Source: Naegleria gruberi
Lineage: Eukaryota
DNA: 64,000 bases
Assembly (NCBI GenBank): GCA_000004985.1
Contig: GG738859.1
Reading direction: 5' to 3' (one strand)
Within the stretch, counting starts at the first letter, position 1; each line of letters begins with the position of its first letter. The position numbers and the translations under genes were made by a program. The notes beneath the pieces were generated by a model. The model ran no database searches. It was not told where the DNA came from and worked only from the letters and a program-made list of their open reading frames with translations. Shown piece after piece: positions 49,701 through 58,625 of the stretch.

Positions 49701-51726
49701 CACGTGAACCTTTTGATTGATTTGAATGTGATTGATCGAAGGAATCTTCATCAGTTGGTGGATGATTTCTAGGACTTGCAAAATCACCACCTGTATTTGT
49801 ACTTGCTGTATTATTATTTAATGGATTATCTTCATCTTCATCATCACTGTCAATTCTACCAAATACACTTCCTCTTCTCGTATGACCTAAATCTTCAAAG
49901 GAAGCAATTGTACTTCTTTCTGGATGTGGTTGAGTGAATGATTGTGAACTCATTTCAGCTGTCATTCTCTTACTTGAGATTGGACTTAAATTACTTGAAC
50001 TTGATGTCATTTGATTTCTACTATTAGCAGGTGAATTATATGGATTTGATGAAAATGATGATCTAACAGCTCTATCCAATAGAGTTTGATGACGATAAGA
50101 TCCTTGTAATTGAATCACTGTTGATTTACCCATATCTTCATACATTGAACGTGTATTTGGTGAAAATGCAAAATGATCATTAATATTATTAATATTATCA
50201 CCTAATACCATTATACTCGATGAATCATCTTCACTATTACTATTAATATCTTCTTCATCGTCATGAGTAGTAGTACCATTCAATTGTGGAGAGTGTTGTT
50301 GTGAATGCGATTGGTGTGAAGTGATTAATTCTTGTTTTGATAATTTTTCAGCAAATAAATCTCTAGGTTGTGTAAAATTAATTGGTTGACTAGTATAACG
50401 TGGCATACCAATTGAACTATTATATTCAGAATTATTTAAATTAATAGCTTGATCTGAAAGTGAAAATTTGTTATAACTAGCACTTAGATTAGAATTAAAA
50501 CTACCTTGTGAAACATTTTTCTTACTCAATTGAGTATTAAAATGTTCATTTGATAAATCTGATTGTGAATTTGGTGCAACTTTAAGTAAATTTTGATTTT
50601 GTTTTCTATTCGAAAGTGTTGCTGTCTTTTCCAATTCTTCAATTTCATCATCATCTTCAATATCTTCACTATATGTTAATTCATTAGAACTTAACACATT
50701 TAAATTATTTGCAGTTGTTGATGGTGATGTTAAATGTTGTTGTTGCGTAGTTATTGAACCACCAACACCAACACCACTAGCATTAGTAGCAATGTTATTA
50801 TTACTATGATTATTATTACCAATGGTTATAGTTGGTTGTTGTTGAGGTTGTAATTGACCCATAGCTAATCTATTTGGATTACCAATCATTAATAAATGTC
50901 TTTCCAATTCATTTTCATAAAGAGATGATGATGATTGTTGTTGATATTGATTATTAATTTGTTTACAATACAAATAAGGTGGTGCAACTTGTTTATAATT
51001 AGATAAATGATCCATTGTTAAAACCATCCAATCTCCTAGAATCATATTAACAGTTTCTTGATCAATTGATTTAAATCTATTTGGTTGTTCTTCCAATCTT
51101 TCTAAGAATGGTCTTAAATCTGAATGATAACGTTCATTAATTGGTAATTCATTACAATCTTTAACAAGATGAAATGGATTGCTTATTACTTGTTCTTCTT
51201 TTTCTTCTTCATCATTATTAGTAATGGTAGTAGTAGTAGTATTAGTGGTTGTAATATCATTATTATTTATATTATTAGTAGAAGTAATTTCCTCTTCTTC
51301 TTGTTGTTGAAGTTCAATTGATGTACCTTCTATTTGACTAGTTGTTGTTGTTATAGTATTATTGTTATCAATATTTGATTGTTGTTGTTGTTGAAGACTC
51401 GACGATTCTAAATTATTATTAATTTGTACATTATTTGATGATGAGGATGATGATGTTTGACTAGTTGATACAATATTAGCAGTACTATTATTACTATCAA
51501 TATCAATATTATTATTATTGTTATTGGAAGTGGTAGTGGATGGAAGAGAAGAACTAATAGTAGTACTGTTGTTGTTATTTAAATTACATAAAGATTGTTC
51601 CTCAGCAGCAGTATGTTGATGCAAAGGCTGTTGTTGTTCTTCTTGTTGTGGATTGTTTCGAATAATTATTTCCTCCTCAACATTTTGATGATGGTTTAAT
51701 GATGGTGGAGGTGATGATGATGACAT
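43720..51726 (-). CDS. giant Ras guanine-nucleotide exchange factor (2668 aa, single exon) with a RasGEF_N (REM) and C-terminal CDC25-homology domain, and C2/DOCK-DHR1-like modules in the N-terminal two thirds
   Basis: The C-terminus (EIARQLTLIDFEFFKQIDNKE...LWVVTLILRERDLNKRIEIINKFNQICEELFAMNNLFGLYSIYCGLSNHAILRLNKSW...LPIIPLVNSYLDEL) is a canonical CDC25/RasGEF catalytic domain. It is preceded by a REM-like block (YAEIFFSSYLFFTTPHQLLLMIRQILFKF...LSIKLWIEKHF). Upstream there are beta-rich blocks resembling C2/DHR-1 folds (NTLYIYLDTCELSSLSKTGNIYIKVSY...FYDEIRLEIP...SHVLFEFFDL). Extensive Asn/Ser/Gln/Thr low-complexity tracts occur throughout. Confidence 0.75.
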   Translation of the reverse strand: MSSSSPPPSLNHHQNVEEEIIIRNNPQQEEQQQPLHQHTAAEEQSLCNLNNNNSTTISSSLPSTTTSNNNNNNIDIDSNNSTANIVSTSQTSSSSSSNNVQINNNLESSSLQQQQQSNIDNNNTITTTTSQIEGTSIELQQQEEEEITSTNNINNNDITTTNTTTTTITNNDEEEKEEQVISNPFHLVKDCNELPINERYHSDLRPFLERLEEQPNRFKSIDQETVNMILGDWMVLTMDHLSNYKQVAPPYLYCKQINNQYQQQSSSSLYENELERHLLMIGNPNRLAMGQLQPQQQPTITIGNNNHSNNNIATNASGVGVGGSITTQQQHLTSPSTTANNLNVLSSNELTYSEDIEDDDEIEELEKTATLSNRKQNQNLLKVAPNSQSDLSNEHFNTQLSKKNVSQGSFNSNLSASYNKFSLSDQAINLNNSEYNSSIGMPRYTSQPINFTQPRDLFAEKLSKQELITSHQSHSQQHSPQLNGTTTHDDEEDINSNSEDDSSSIMVLGDNINNINDHFAFSPNTRSMYEDMGKSTVIQLQGSYRHQTLLDRAVRSSFSSNPYNSPANSRNQMTSSSSNLSPISSKRMTAEMSSQSFTQPHPERSTIASFEDLGHTRRGSVFGRIDSDDEDEDNPLNNNTASTNTGGDFASPRNHPPTDEDSFDQSHSNQSKGSRVRSIGHISELNKQKQVNRASFFDFIRRKPKKEFESSTNSLDESTSYSNNNNNTIGTTGQQTVSMSAGNFSNHHHHDIEKSKMDIISGESVSQLHEQLYGKKKKNESVFTKLKAKGIRPKDLKRIEGFKFKENVITQYELENPYRVISYYNNDFIWNGGQEIERCHRTRKVQPLYNNIDKMMYLIFEYEDFVLSKFGLPEPLFCKVSLYDIKSEVKLTEDFCFFIEPKHSLSSSDGFSMNKLANSTQRHIKNINKRQNFEKASALFVFEKPEHTEVYISFTIEKVFCGGLIEDAWKAYKSNNEKLMKKYLTQMNDYWRASMLRQPFIVMGQKIFYENRDENDNSSIEILEGQVKINKAYRIPSHSSSSFDVLTFLKWLSSNGSTNLPIQGSGGSDFSTTFNMDDDKNNLPIRFLFQTNTATRDKLASYLHAFSTRKSKASSQQSHTSMRFKNDFSMFKTDQDDHVIETVMKRLDKSKGSFSVLDTFYKLFPVVESLHNSKDYYQFDFNLRNTLYIYLDTCELSSLSKTGNIYIKVSYKKNDMITSTRESRMADSFNDSNRFNYFYSSITFKKISPQFYDEIRLEIPSSANIVDKSHVLFEFFDLDISKGLDGKAPQNSDMDISSDGITNTQLIGFAYLRDVTNHCIVKDGYHTLTIFKSPKLVDNYLSLQTDIPMSHSSYLNIKTKALTSFYTQDPFAASFLDACDRFYNTFESTKKNEDVNREEILLDVMSKLDNLRDANFAELLNHTPKVINGLLTLLSTLVIIKNFNQYGTRTKVIVPEIISRAMSCLLFFLSGIETVSSSFGRNNYYISTFISYFSRQYPDMEEPLYKMLMDEMLNFIQNWQESRQKDRKKPIIELGVFSPKVSDLNFKPQNGLAKNIDSHKQISTFLFTSMETRPNGKQAEGQVKEFKDFITRERRKVSNTSSTGSSSGGGSSSKQKQIVIDDFNTQKIIAEANPRKVSEISFTGVDVIKFGWFFFDLITKNIHIVRDEEFKKVSSQQFDPNIFMSRLKQLIHTIAPLLLECYEKRFKDAAIYAAATNFNLDFSLFLRDLVPILDFKYIREIMIEYFSYFQDKLSNDKTRDVAIFYILQFLELFIEHDDIFFIIQNSENQFIISKLIDCIIYGLTQKTDELKGLSLRILKNHLTKLDFDSRIQSQKDRNFIGNLYFDFVKKVIEQKDSISDCITFKDELGDLFACFYHILKNSSDEKIVEYFSSLESEKILSLVDILQVTVMLMNIHNQNQVQICFHEVYMELFNKIIVNLYLKPKSEIFSEKTNQLLSKFKDLLINHLLGGQGQGGFSDETCSMEMKQLIDELTISIYENDSQTLVFYEIFDKSLHFLLSVVLLSPYLDSEHKRVLFQSYLEPFLETFKPFIFINEHIKLNDININSNNNNNSNNTNNNNGGNNSDVNNSNESNIKLSTTTTKQFNIPTQLTAKIGMSHLTFDKTHLTQLLSDRNPKWKSILASVLSYCYFPTLTETFSSVRDVLYDLIEIYQHEQVDSIEDLIQKQQSHKEYLLKLGGTLHVNRDTPHLSVEELEKMNFSKLENLVEKLFINPNIYTNSLLLSSSNNQVSSPINNNTQSSNSNLQSNISNGSGGANVANNNNLDFKLTYAEIFFSSYLFFTTPHQLLLMIRQILFKFAQDPEIEHKSEMVLNITLSIKLWIEKHFTDMTQPFICNLIQFLDNDLTLVIKQVAFECFYLLEQVKSSLINCLLGIKEQSNEDSKKKPNPIIPNGFSKLKLNLLTSFVPSFDLLAWNSTEIARQLTLIDFEFFKQIDNKEICASTKQKDYLPHLSSLLERKRDCELWVVTLILRERDLNKRIEIINKFNQICEELFAMNNLFGLYSIYCGLSNHAILRLNKSWSKESKKIYRLYHETYFSDKNPQARENLINRLNSIKLPIIPLVNSYLDELKECDIEPTFRQSNGTIFINFGKCIKLVEILQHFKSYQEVGYNFESIPYLIKILCVDVPSDLIQTQSEALELSNQLESE

Positions 51727-52390
51727 TGTTGTAATACCAATATTGTGTTAAAGGCTTCTTGGTAGTACTCTGGAAGGAGTTCAACAAACACTATTGGAAA
51801 ATGTGAAGATTATTTTTTTTAAAAAGAGCTCTTGTCAAACAAAAGAGACATAACGGTAATTTGGTTTGACATTTTGACAGCCACTGACGAAGAGTTGACG
51901 TCCCAGTGTTAAAATTGTTAACACAACCGAAATGGTTCTAACTCTTTTGAGATCCTCAATTAAATTGTTAAGAATTCGGTACATACAATAACAACCAAGC
52001 AACTCATGATGGTTATGTGTAGGTTCGTTTCATAAATTGATTTAAAAAAAGGCTAAATTATTCAACACTACTGTTGGTTGTTTTTTTGTTGCATCACAAC
52101 AAATTGTTATTTTAAATATTGCTTACCTAATGATATTAATTGCCTCACACATTATCATGATAGGAGGGTGAACGTGACATTAAATTAGTTGGGAATGTAT
52201 GAATATCTTGAAAATTTCATCAACATGTTGATGCACCAATATATAATTTCTTCCATCATAAGAAAAGGCTTTTTAATAATTCACAAGCTACAACAATATC
52301 CAAAACAAAAAGCCTTCATCAACAGCCAGACAGCGTTCAACAATATTTTAGAATATTTTTAGGAGGGAAAAAAGAAAAAATTGAAAAAAA

Positions 52391-54367
52391 ATGAGCAAGA
52401 CAACAACAAGAACATCTTCGGAAAGTAAATTAGCCTTTACATCATCGGAGGCTATTAAAAAGATGGCTGATGGTATCATTTCGGATAAGAAGAATACAAA
52501 TAATTTGGTTAAATTAACAGAGTTTTTAGAAGAATTATTTCCTTTATCTTCTCAAAAACATCGTAAACTTGCTCTTCAAACAATTTCATCACTTGTGGAT
52601 GTTTTTAGTCACTTTTTTGAGGAAGGAACTCTTATATTAACAGTAACAGAATCAAAAAATCAAAAAGATGCTGTCGCTTGTGATGTTAGTAAAGAAAAAT
52701 CGATACAAAAAAAGGAATATATGAAATGGATTTATGAACAATATGTTTCATTCACAAAATATTTACCACTTTATGCTGTTCACTATTTTACTAAATTTAA
52801 TGAAAATTATGAAGAAATTGAAACTGTTATTAAGGCTATTTTGGATCTTTCTAAAAAGGAATTAACTTCTGCTAGTGGATCAACACTTGTTGAAATGGAA
52901 AGAGAAAGAAATAGAATTAACACTATTATAAATGAAGGTCCATTCGGTTCTTTTATTTATCATTTGATATATGACCCAAATAACAGTGAAGGAAAAGAAT
53001 TTGTTATCACTTGTCTTAAAGAATATATTTTCAAATTCCATGATTTGAGATTTTTTGCTTACATTTCATTGACAAATGCTATCAGAAAGATTCGTTCAAA
53101 GAAGAAGAGAATGCTTACATATCCACAACTTTATGATAATGTTTTGCAAATTATTGATGGTATTCCAATAATTGATGTTATTGGTAGATTTTATTTATAT
53201 GATGGTTATGATTATGATAGTGATGAAGTAAATAGTGATGAAGAAGATGGAATGGATGAAGATGGTCCAAATGAAGATGGTATTCCAGATGATTTTATGA
53301 TGGATCCTGAATTGGGTGATTTGAGTTCATTGACTTTACCAAGTTCTCAAAAGAAATCAACAGAAGAAAAGAAGGAAAGCGAAGAAAAGGATGAAGAAAT
53401 GAAGGACGAAGATAAGGAAAATAATTTACTTGATCCAGATGTTCACATTAATGCCTATACAAACTTTTGGCTTGCCTTCTTACAAATACCAGAAATGACT
53501 AGATCTGTTTATGAAAAAGTTTTGAGAAAGATGAGCACAGAAATTATTCCACAATTTGAAGATCCATTCTTGTTGAATGATTTCATTTCTAATTCTTTTG
53601 ATCAGGGAGGATTGGTTGCACTTCTCTCAGTTAAGAGTTTATTCATTTTGATTACCGAGTATAATTTGTAAGTTTGAAGAGTTTTTAATACTAATTAATG
53701 TAGAGTTTATGACCAATTTTATAACAAGATTTACGCTATCATTGAACCATCTCTTTTCACTATGGATGATAGACATGAATTTTTCGAGTTGCTTGATACA
53801 TTTATGAAATCTACCCATTTACCTGAATATTTGGTGGCTGCCTTTGTGAAAAAGCTTGCTAGAATTTCATTATTCGCACCTGCTTATGCCTGTAATTATA
53901 TTCTTGCTGTTATTTATAATCTTGTTTCTAGACATCCACAAATTAGTTTCTTGGTTCAAAAAGGAGAAATTGAACCAAAGTATCTTTCAAGAATTCAAAA
54001 GAAATATTTAATGGAAAAGAATTCAGAAATTTATCTGAAAGATAACCGAAAGATTGTAGATCCTTTTGATCCAAATGAAAAAGATCCAAAAGAATGTAAA
54101 GCAATGCAAAGTCAACTTTGGGAAATTGAGACTTTACTTTATCACTCGAATGGAGAAGTTGCTAAATTTGCTAGAGATATTAAGAGACATTTCCTTGAAG
54201 GTTTCCCTCTTTTTGATATTAAGAAATATACAACCATCACAACAGAAACCATGTTTGCAACAATATCAGAAAAGAAAAAGTTTGTAAAGCTTTCAGGTGT
54301 TGAACCTCCAAAATCATTATTTGGAAGACAAGCTGATCATAACGTGTTTGGTCTATTTGATTTATAA
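52391..54367 (+). CDS. NOC4: nucleolar complex protein 4 (NOC4/UTP19; CBF/Mak21 domain); join(52391..53667,53704..54367)
   Basis: YDQFYNKIYAIIEPSLFTMDDRHEFFELLDTFMKSTHLPEYLVAAFVKKLARISLFAPAYACNYILAVIYNLVSRHPQISFLV aligns with human NOC4L (PDFYRKLYGLLDPSVFHVKYRARFFHLADLFLSSSHLPAYLVAAFAKRLARLALTAPPEALLMVLPFICNLLRRHPACRVLV). This alignment is obtained only by splicing out a 36-nt intron (GTAAGTTTGAAGAGTTTTTAATACTAATTAATGTAG, 53668..53703). Confidence 0.8.
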
Positions 54368-54372
54368 AATTT

Positions 54373-56226
54373 TTACTTTCTTGCACTCTTTGAACTGCTT
54401 CTTGGAGGAACTAAACTTGTTCCATTTCGTTCTCTGTAAAGTTTTAACATTCTTGATACATCCTTAGTGTTGATTGTTGGTATTTCTTGTTGTACATATC
54501 CATCATATTTCTTAATGAAGGTATTCAATGAGAGATCAAAAAGGGATGAAACGAGAACAGGTTTCTTTACCTCTTTCTTAGGTGGAGCTTTTTTTTTATC
54601 TTCTTCAGGAGTCTCTGTCGGGCTCTCACTTCTATCTTTACTATTTTGGGAATTGAGCAAACAACAAATGTATTGAATTTTAGTTTCTTCAATAAGATAA
54701 GTTGTATAACTTCCAATTTTGGCCCTGTTGAGCTCCTCCTCTTTTGTCTTAAATAATTTACCAAGATAACCCATCTTGAAGCTCTCAATAAAGTAGTCCA
54801 GTGATAATTGAATATTATTTTCCACATTGAAATAGTATTCTCCCAATATTTTGTACACAAAACCGTCGATATATTGCTTGGAAGAATCCAATTGATACAG
54901 CATTTCAAAATCTTCCACTGTATCCTTGATAGAGCCAGATAATAAAAAACATGATCCTCTCGATTTGTAAAGGGCTGGTTCATCAGGAAGTTCTCCAATT
55001 GCCATATTGAGGCAGAACATTGCTTTGTCTGTTTCATTTCTGTCCATTAAGATTGTAGCTTTGGAGACATAAGAATCCACCAATAGAGGTGGATTATCTA
55101 GCGGCTTTTTGTCAATGCAAGATGAGAATGCAAACAATGCATCCTCAATTCTTCCAATGATCAAAAGCAAATGTCCATAATGGTTCAAATATTCAATGCT
55201 ATCAGAATTAACTTTTACAAGAGCCTCATAGATAGAAATGGCATCCTCAATTTCTCCATTTTTTTCATGATTTGCAGCTGTTTTCTCGTATTCAGCACAA
55301 AATTGAGGATCCAAATCTCTAATTTTCTTAAAATCTTTCTTAGCATCGTCAAGATAACCTAATTGCGACAAGACATCACCTCTTAAAAAATAAATGTAAG
55401 GATCTTGATCATCTACGTCATTGATAATTCTGTTGAAACTGTCAAATGCTCCATTTAAATCTTGTAATGTGGAACAACATTTTCCAAGACTGACCAGGAC
55501 AGTTTTTGTTGGATGTTCAATTTTCAAATATTTCTCAAATTCTCTTCTTCCCTGATCAAAATCTTGTAAGTGAACATAACAATCTCCTCTTACAAAGTAT
55601 GCAGATGAAACAAAAGGATCTTTTTCCAAACAAACACTCAAGAATTCAATTGATTCTTGATAATTCCCAGCTCTCCAAAGTGATTCTCCTAGCATATTAT
55701 AAACTTCTGGTCCATTCATATCTTCTTTTATACATTCCTTAAACAATGCAGCTGCATCAACAAATTGTTCATTTAAATATAATTCCTTTGCTGTTTCCAA
55801 TTTTCTTTCTCTTTCTAACCTTATTTCCTCCGGTTTTGGTTTGAAGGCTTTTGAGTTTTTTCTTCCCTTTTTGTATTCCTCAACTAGTTTTCTACTAAAA
55901 TCAGTGCTCAACATTTCATAAGGTGTTTTCTTTGGTCTGATAATTGGATTCTGTTTTCTATACTCTCTTTCTTTAGACTCTATGAATCTTGAATGATACA
56001 AGGTTTTGCAATAATTCATATATCTGTCAGTGTAAAATTTTGAATCCCTCTTCATGGTTCCTTCCCGAATGGTTGATGTCTCGTAAACTTTGTTAATCTT
56101 AACAACCGGTTGATTGTATTCATTAAATACCACAACTTTTGATTTTTCATCCCTCCTACTCTTAACATTTGATGAATTGAGTACCGATGATGAGTTTAAA
56201 CTATTGCTCGTTTCTGATGATGGCAT
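54373..56226 (-). CDS. tetratricopeptide-repeat (TPR) protein, 617 aa, unassigned family
   Basis: It has about 9-10 TPR-like 34-residue repeats (W-LG-Y-A-F-P signature positions; for example EVYNMLGESLWRAGNYQESIEFLSVCLEKDP, SAYFVRGDCYVHLQDFDQGRREFEKYLKIEHP and ALYKSRGSCFLLSGSIKDTVEDFEMLYQLD). A basic, Lys-rich segment lies near the C-terminus. It is a single ORF with GC-richer composition. Confidence 0.55.
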   Translation of the reverse strand: MPSSETSNSLNSSSVLNSSNVKSRRDEKSKVVVFNEYNQPVVKINKVYETSTIREGTMKRDSKFYTDRYMNYCKTLYHSRFIESKEREYRKQNPIIRPKKTPYEMLSTDFSRKLVEEYKKGRKNSKAFKPKPEEIRLERERKLETAKELYLNEQFVDAAALFKECIKEDMNGPEVYNMLGESLWRAGNYQESIEFLSVCLEKDPFVSSAYFVRGDCYVHLQDFDQGRREFEKYLKIEHPTKTVLVSLGKCCSTLQDLNGAFDSFNRIINDVDDQDPYIYFLRGDVLSQLGYLDDAKKDFKKIRDLDPQFCAEYEKTAANHEKNGEIEDAISIYEALVKVNSDSIEYLNHYGHLLLIIGRIEDALFAFSSCIDKKPLDNPPLLVDSYVSKATILMDRNETDKAMFCLNMAIGELPDEPALYKSRGSCFLLSGSIKDTVEDFEMLYQLDSSKQYIDGFVYKILGEYYFNVENNIQLSLDYFIESFKMGYLGKLFKTKEEELNRAKIGSYTTYLIEETKIQYICCLLNSQNSKDRSESPTETPEEDKKKAPPKKEVKKPVLVSSLFDLSLNTFIKKYDGYVQQEIPTINTKDVSRMLKLYRERNGTSLVPPRSSSKSARK

Positions 56227-56411
56227 GAATATATTTACAGTTTTTTTTATTTTACCATCAGCTAATATCGTAAATTTTTGGCGCCTATTATTAAATAATA
56301 GAAATATTTACAAGATATCTAACAACACAACCTATTTCCATCCACACAACAGCATGTTGCAGCAATAATTATAAAATTAATCAAGATTAATAAATAATAA
56401 TATTAAAAAAA

Positions 56412-58441
56412 ATGCTTCACACAACATCAACATGTACCTTTCAAGGTCATGAACTAGCCTTGCACATCAATTTAGTGTGTAGGAAATTTAGAAAAATATT
56501 ATCGGAAGAGTTGAAAAGTTCTTATTGTGATGAACCTAAACATAATCAATTATTTGTATTGGACAAGATTCAAAATTTTACCTTGTCTTTTGTTACAAAA
56601 GGAGATTTTGAACAGAGAATTATTCCTCAAAATATTAAATTTAATGAATCAACAATGCCACCAAAAGAAAGGCTTTGTTTCTTTGGTGAATGTTGTGTTT
56701 CTTTAATTCAATCACTTTGTTTCCATTCAATGTCCCATTTTACTTCTCTTGCTGAATTAATTGATTATTGGAAAGGAAGAGAAGAATCACCTGTTAACGC
56801 CATGTTAGAATTAGGACCTCTTTATTGGATTAAATTATTTTATAATCAAATTATTAACACCTTTTTTGGAAATGAAAAAATTATACCAAAGTTAAATCCT
56901 TCAAAGATTTTAGAACTCATAGATAACATCAAGATGAAACAAAGAAGTCCTTCAAGAGATTTGAATGAACTTTTAGAAAAATTATCCAAAGTTGAAATTT
57001 GTCATGCTTTTATTTGTGGACATTTGTTGAATATTCTTCATAAATTCCAAGCTGTTAGAAGTATTGACGAAATTCATGATGTTTCAATTGAATTTTTAGA
57101 TTTTATTGATGGTTTATACATTGAAAGATTTAATGATAGCGCTCTTTCTGGTGATGCTCTTTTTGAAAAACATTTCCAAATTCACCCTCTTCAAGAAGAA
57201 TCTGTTAAACAATCTAATATTATGAAGAGAAGTTTATTCCATAATGGCATTGGTCCAGTGGCTTTAGAAGTTGATTTTAATCATAATAATAGAACATCAT
57301 CACCATCTGTTATTTCTACACCATATACAAATTATGATGACGATAATGCTAGTTTTATTTCAGATAGATCTCGTGCAATGACAACAATAGCTCGCGATAA
57401 TACTGAATTAACTCTTGAACAATTCTTGGATAAGATTGATGCAGTTATGCAACGTTGCAGAAATTGGAATCACATTACAAATTACTATTTGAGACAATAT
57501 AAGAAACCAAATCATTTCCATAGAAATTGGATAAGATATGCTTTAGGTTTCACATTCACAGCATTTGCAAGTTATTATACTTACAAACATTTTGATGAGA
57601 TTGTTAAACTTTCTAAGGAAGCTTACAACAGTGTCACTAGATTTGTCAATAACTCAATTATTGAACCACTCTATAATATTTATTCAATTATCCACTATGA
57701 TGAACACAAACACAAACTAGTTTCTTTGGACGATGTTCAAGTATCTATGAAATCTCTTGAACGTATGGTGAATGATTTTGTTAAGGATACTCATCCAAAT
57801 GCTACAGAACAAGAACTTACCATCTTTTTAGAACAAGCAAAGAAGGGAGATATTACTCTTGTCATGGAAACATATGAAAAAGAGTTAAAGAGGCCATTTG
57901 CTAATGCTATTTTTGGTAGTCTTGCTAGAGCATTGCTGATTCAAGTTCAAAAGCAAAAATTAGCTCTTGAACAATCAATGATTAGGTAAGTTGTTTATCT
58001 CAATATTTCAATAACATTCAAAATAATAGTATGGATTCATTGCTGAAACAAAATGAACTAAACGTGGAGCTTGTTGCTACTGTCCCAGGAGTTCTTTTAT
58101 TCTCATTTGCTTATTATCAACTTTCATCCTATAAGAGAAAGACTGATTTTTCAACAATCACAGCACCAATGTCTAGACAATTTATTTCTATTGAAAGAAT
58201 TTTGAATAGAAATATTAATCAGTCAAGACTTCCACTTCAAGACTATGGTTTTGTTTATTTATATACATGTAGAATTAGAGCATTGGCCAGTAAATTCTCA
58301 ACACTCAATGAACATCCAAGGTTGAACAGTGATTTTACAAGTGATTTGAATGAACTCAACTCTGTGACAATGACTCCACATCAAAAATTCAATACCATTT
58401 TACGTATGAATAGAGAATATAAGTTTTTAAATGAACTATAA
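56412..58441 (+). CDS. NCA2: NCA2-like (nuclear control of ATPase 2) mitochondrial protein; join(56412..57985,58030..58441)
   Basis: The C-terminal block ...ETYEKELKRPFANAIFGSLARALLIQVQKQKLALEQSMI-S-MDSLLKQNELNVELVATVPGVLLFSFAYY, with a following hydrophobic segment, resembles the conserved NCA2 domain (LIQVQK..D..a..iD.LLK.NEL). A 44-nt intron (GTAAG at 57986; AATAATAG ending at 58029) joins the two ORFs in frame. The assignment was made from memory and needs a profile search. Confidence 0.5.
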
Positions 58442-58625
58442 AAGGCAAATAAATGAAAAGAAGTTTAGCGTCTTTTAAGTTAGCTCTTCCTTCAAATTTT
58501 TCCAATGTAATATATTGTTCTGTATTTGGTAATATCAAAATAAAATATTAATTCTCTGACTTTTGGTATTGAATCTAAAAATTCACTTGGATAATGATGC
58601 TCTGAGTACCTGACTAGTCCTTATT

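Noticed and set aside
54467-55037. Plus- and minus-strand ORFs inside the TPR gene region
   Set aside because: They overlap the well-supported 617-aa TPR ORF in other frames or on the other strand, and have no motifs.
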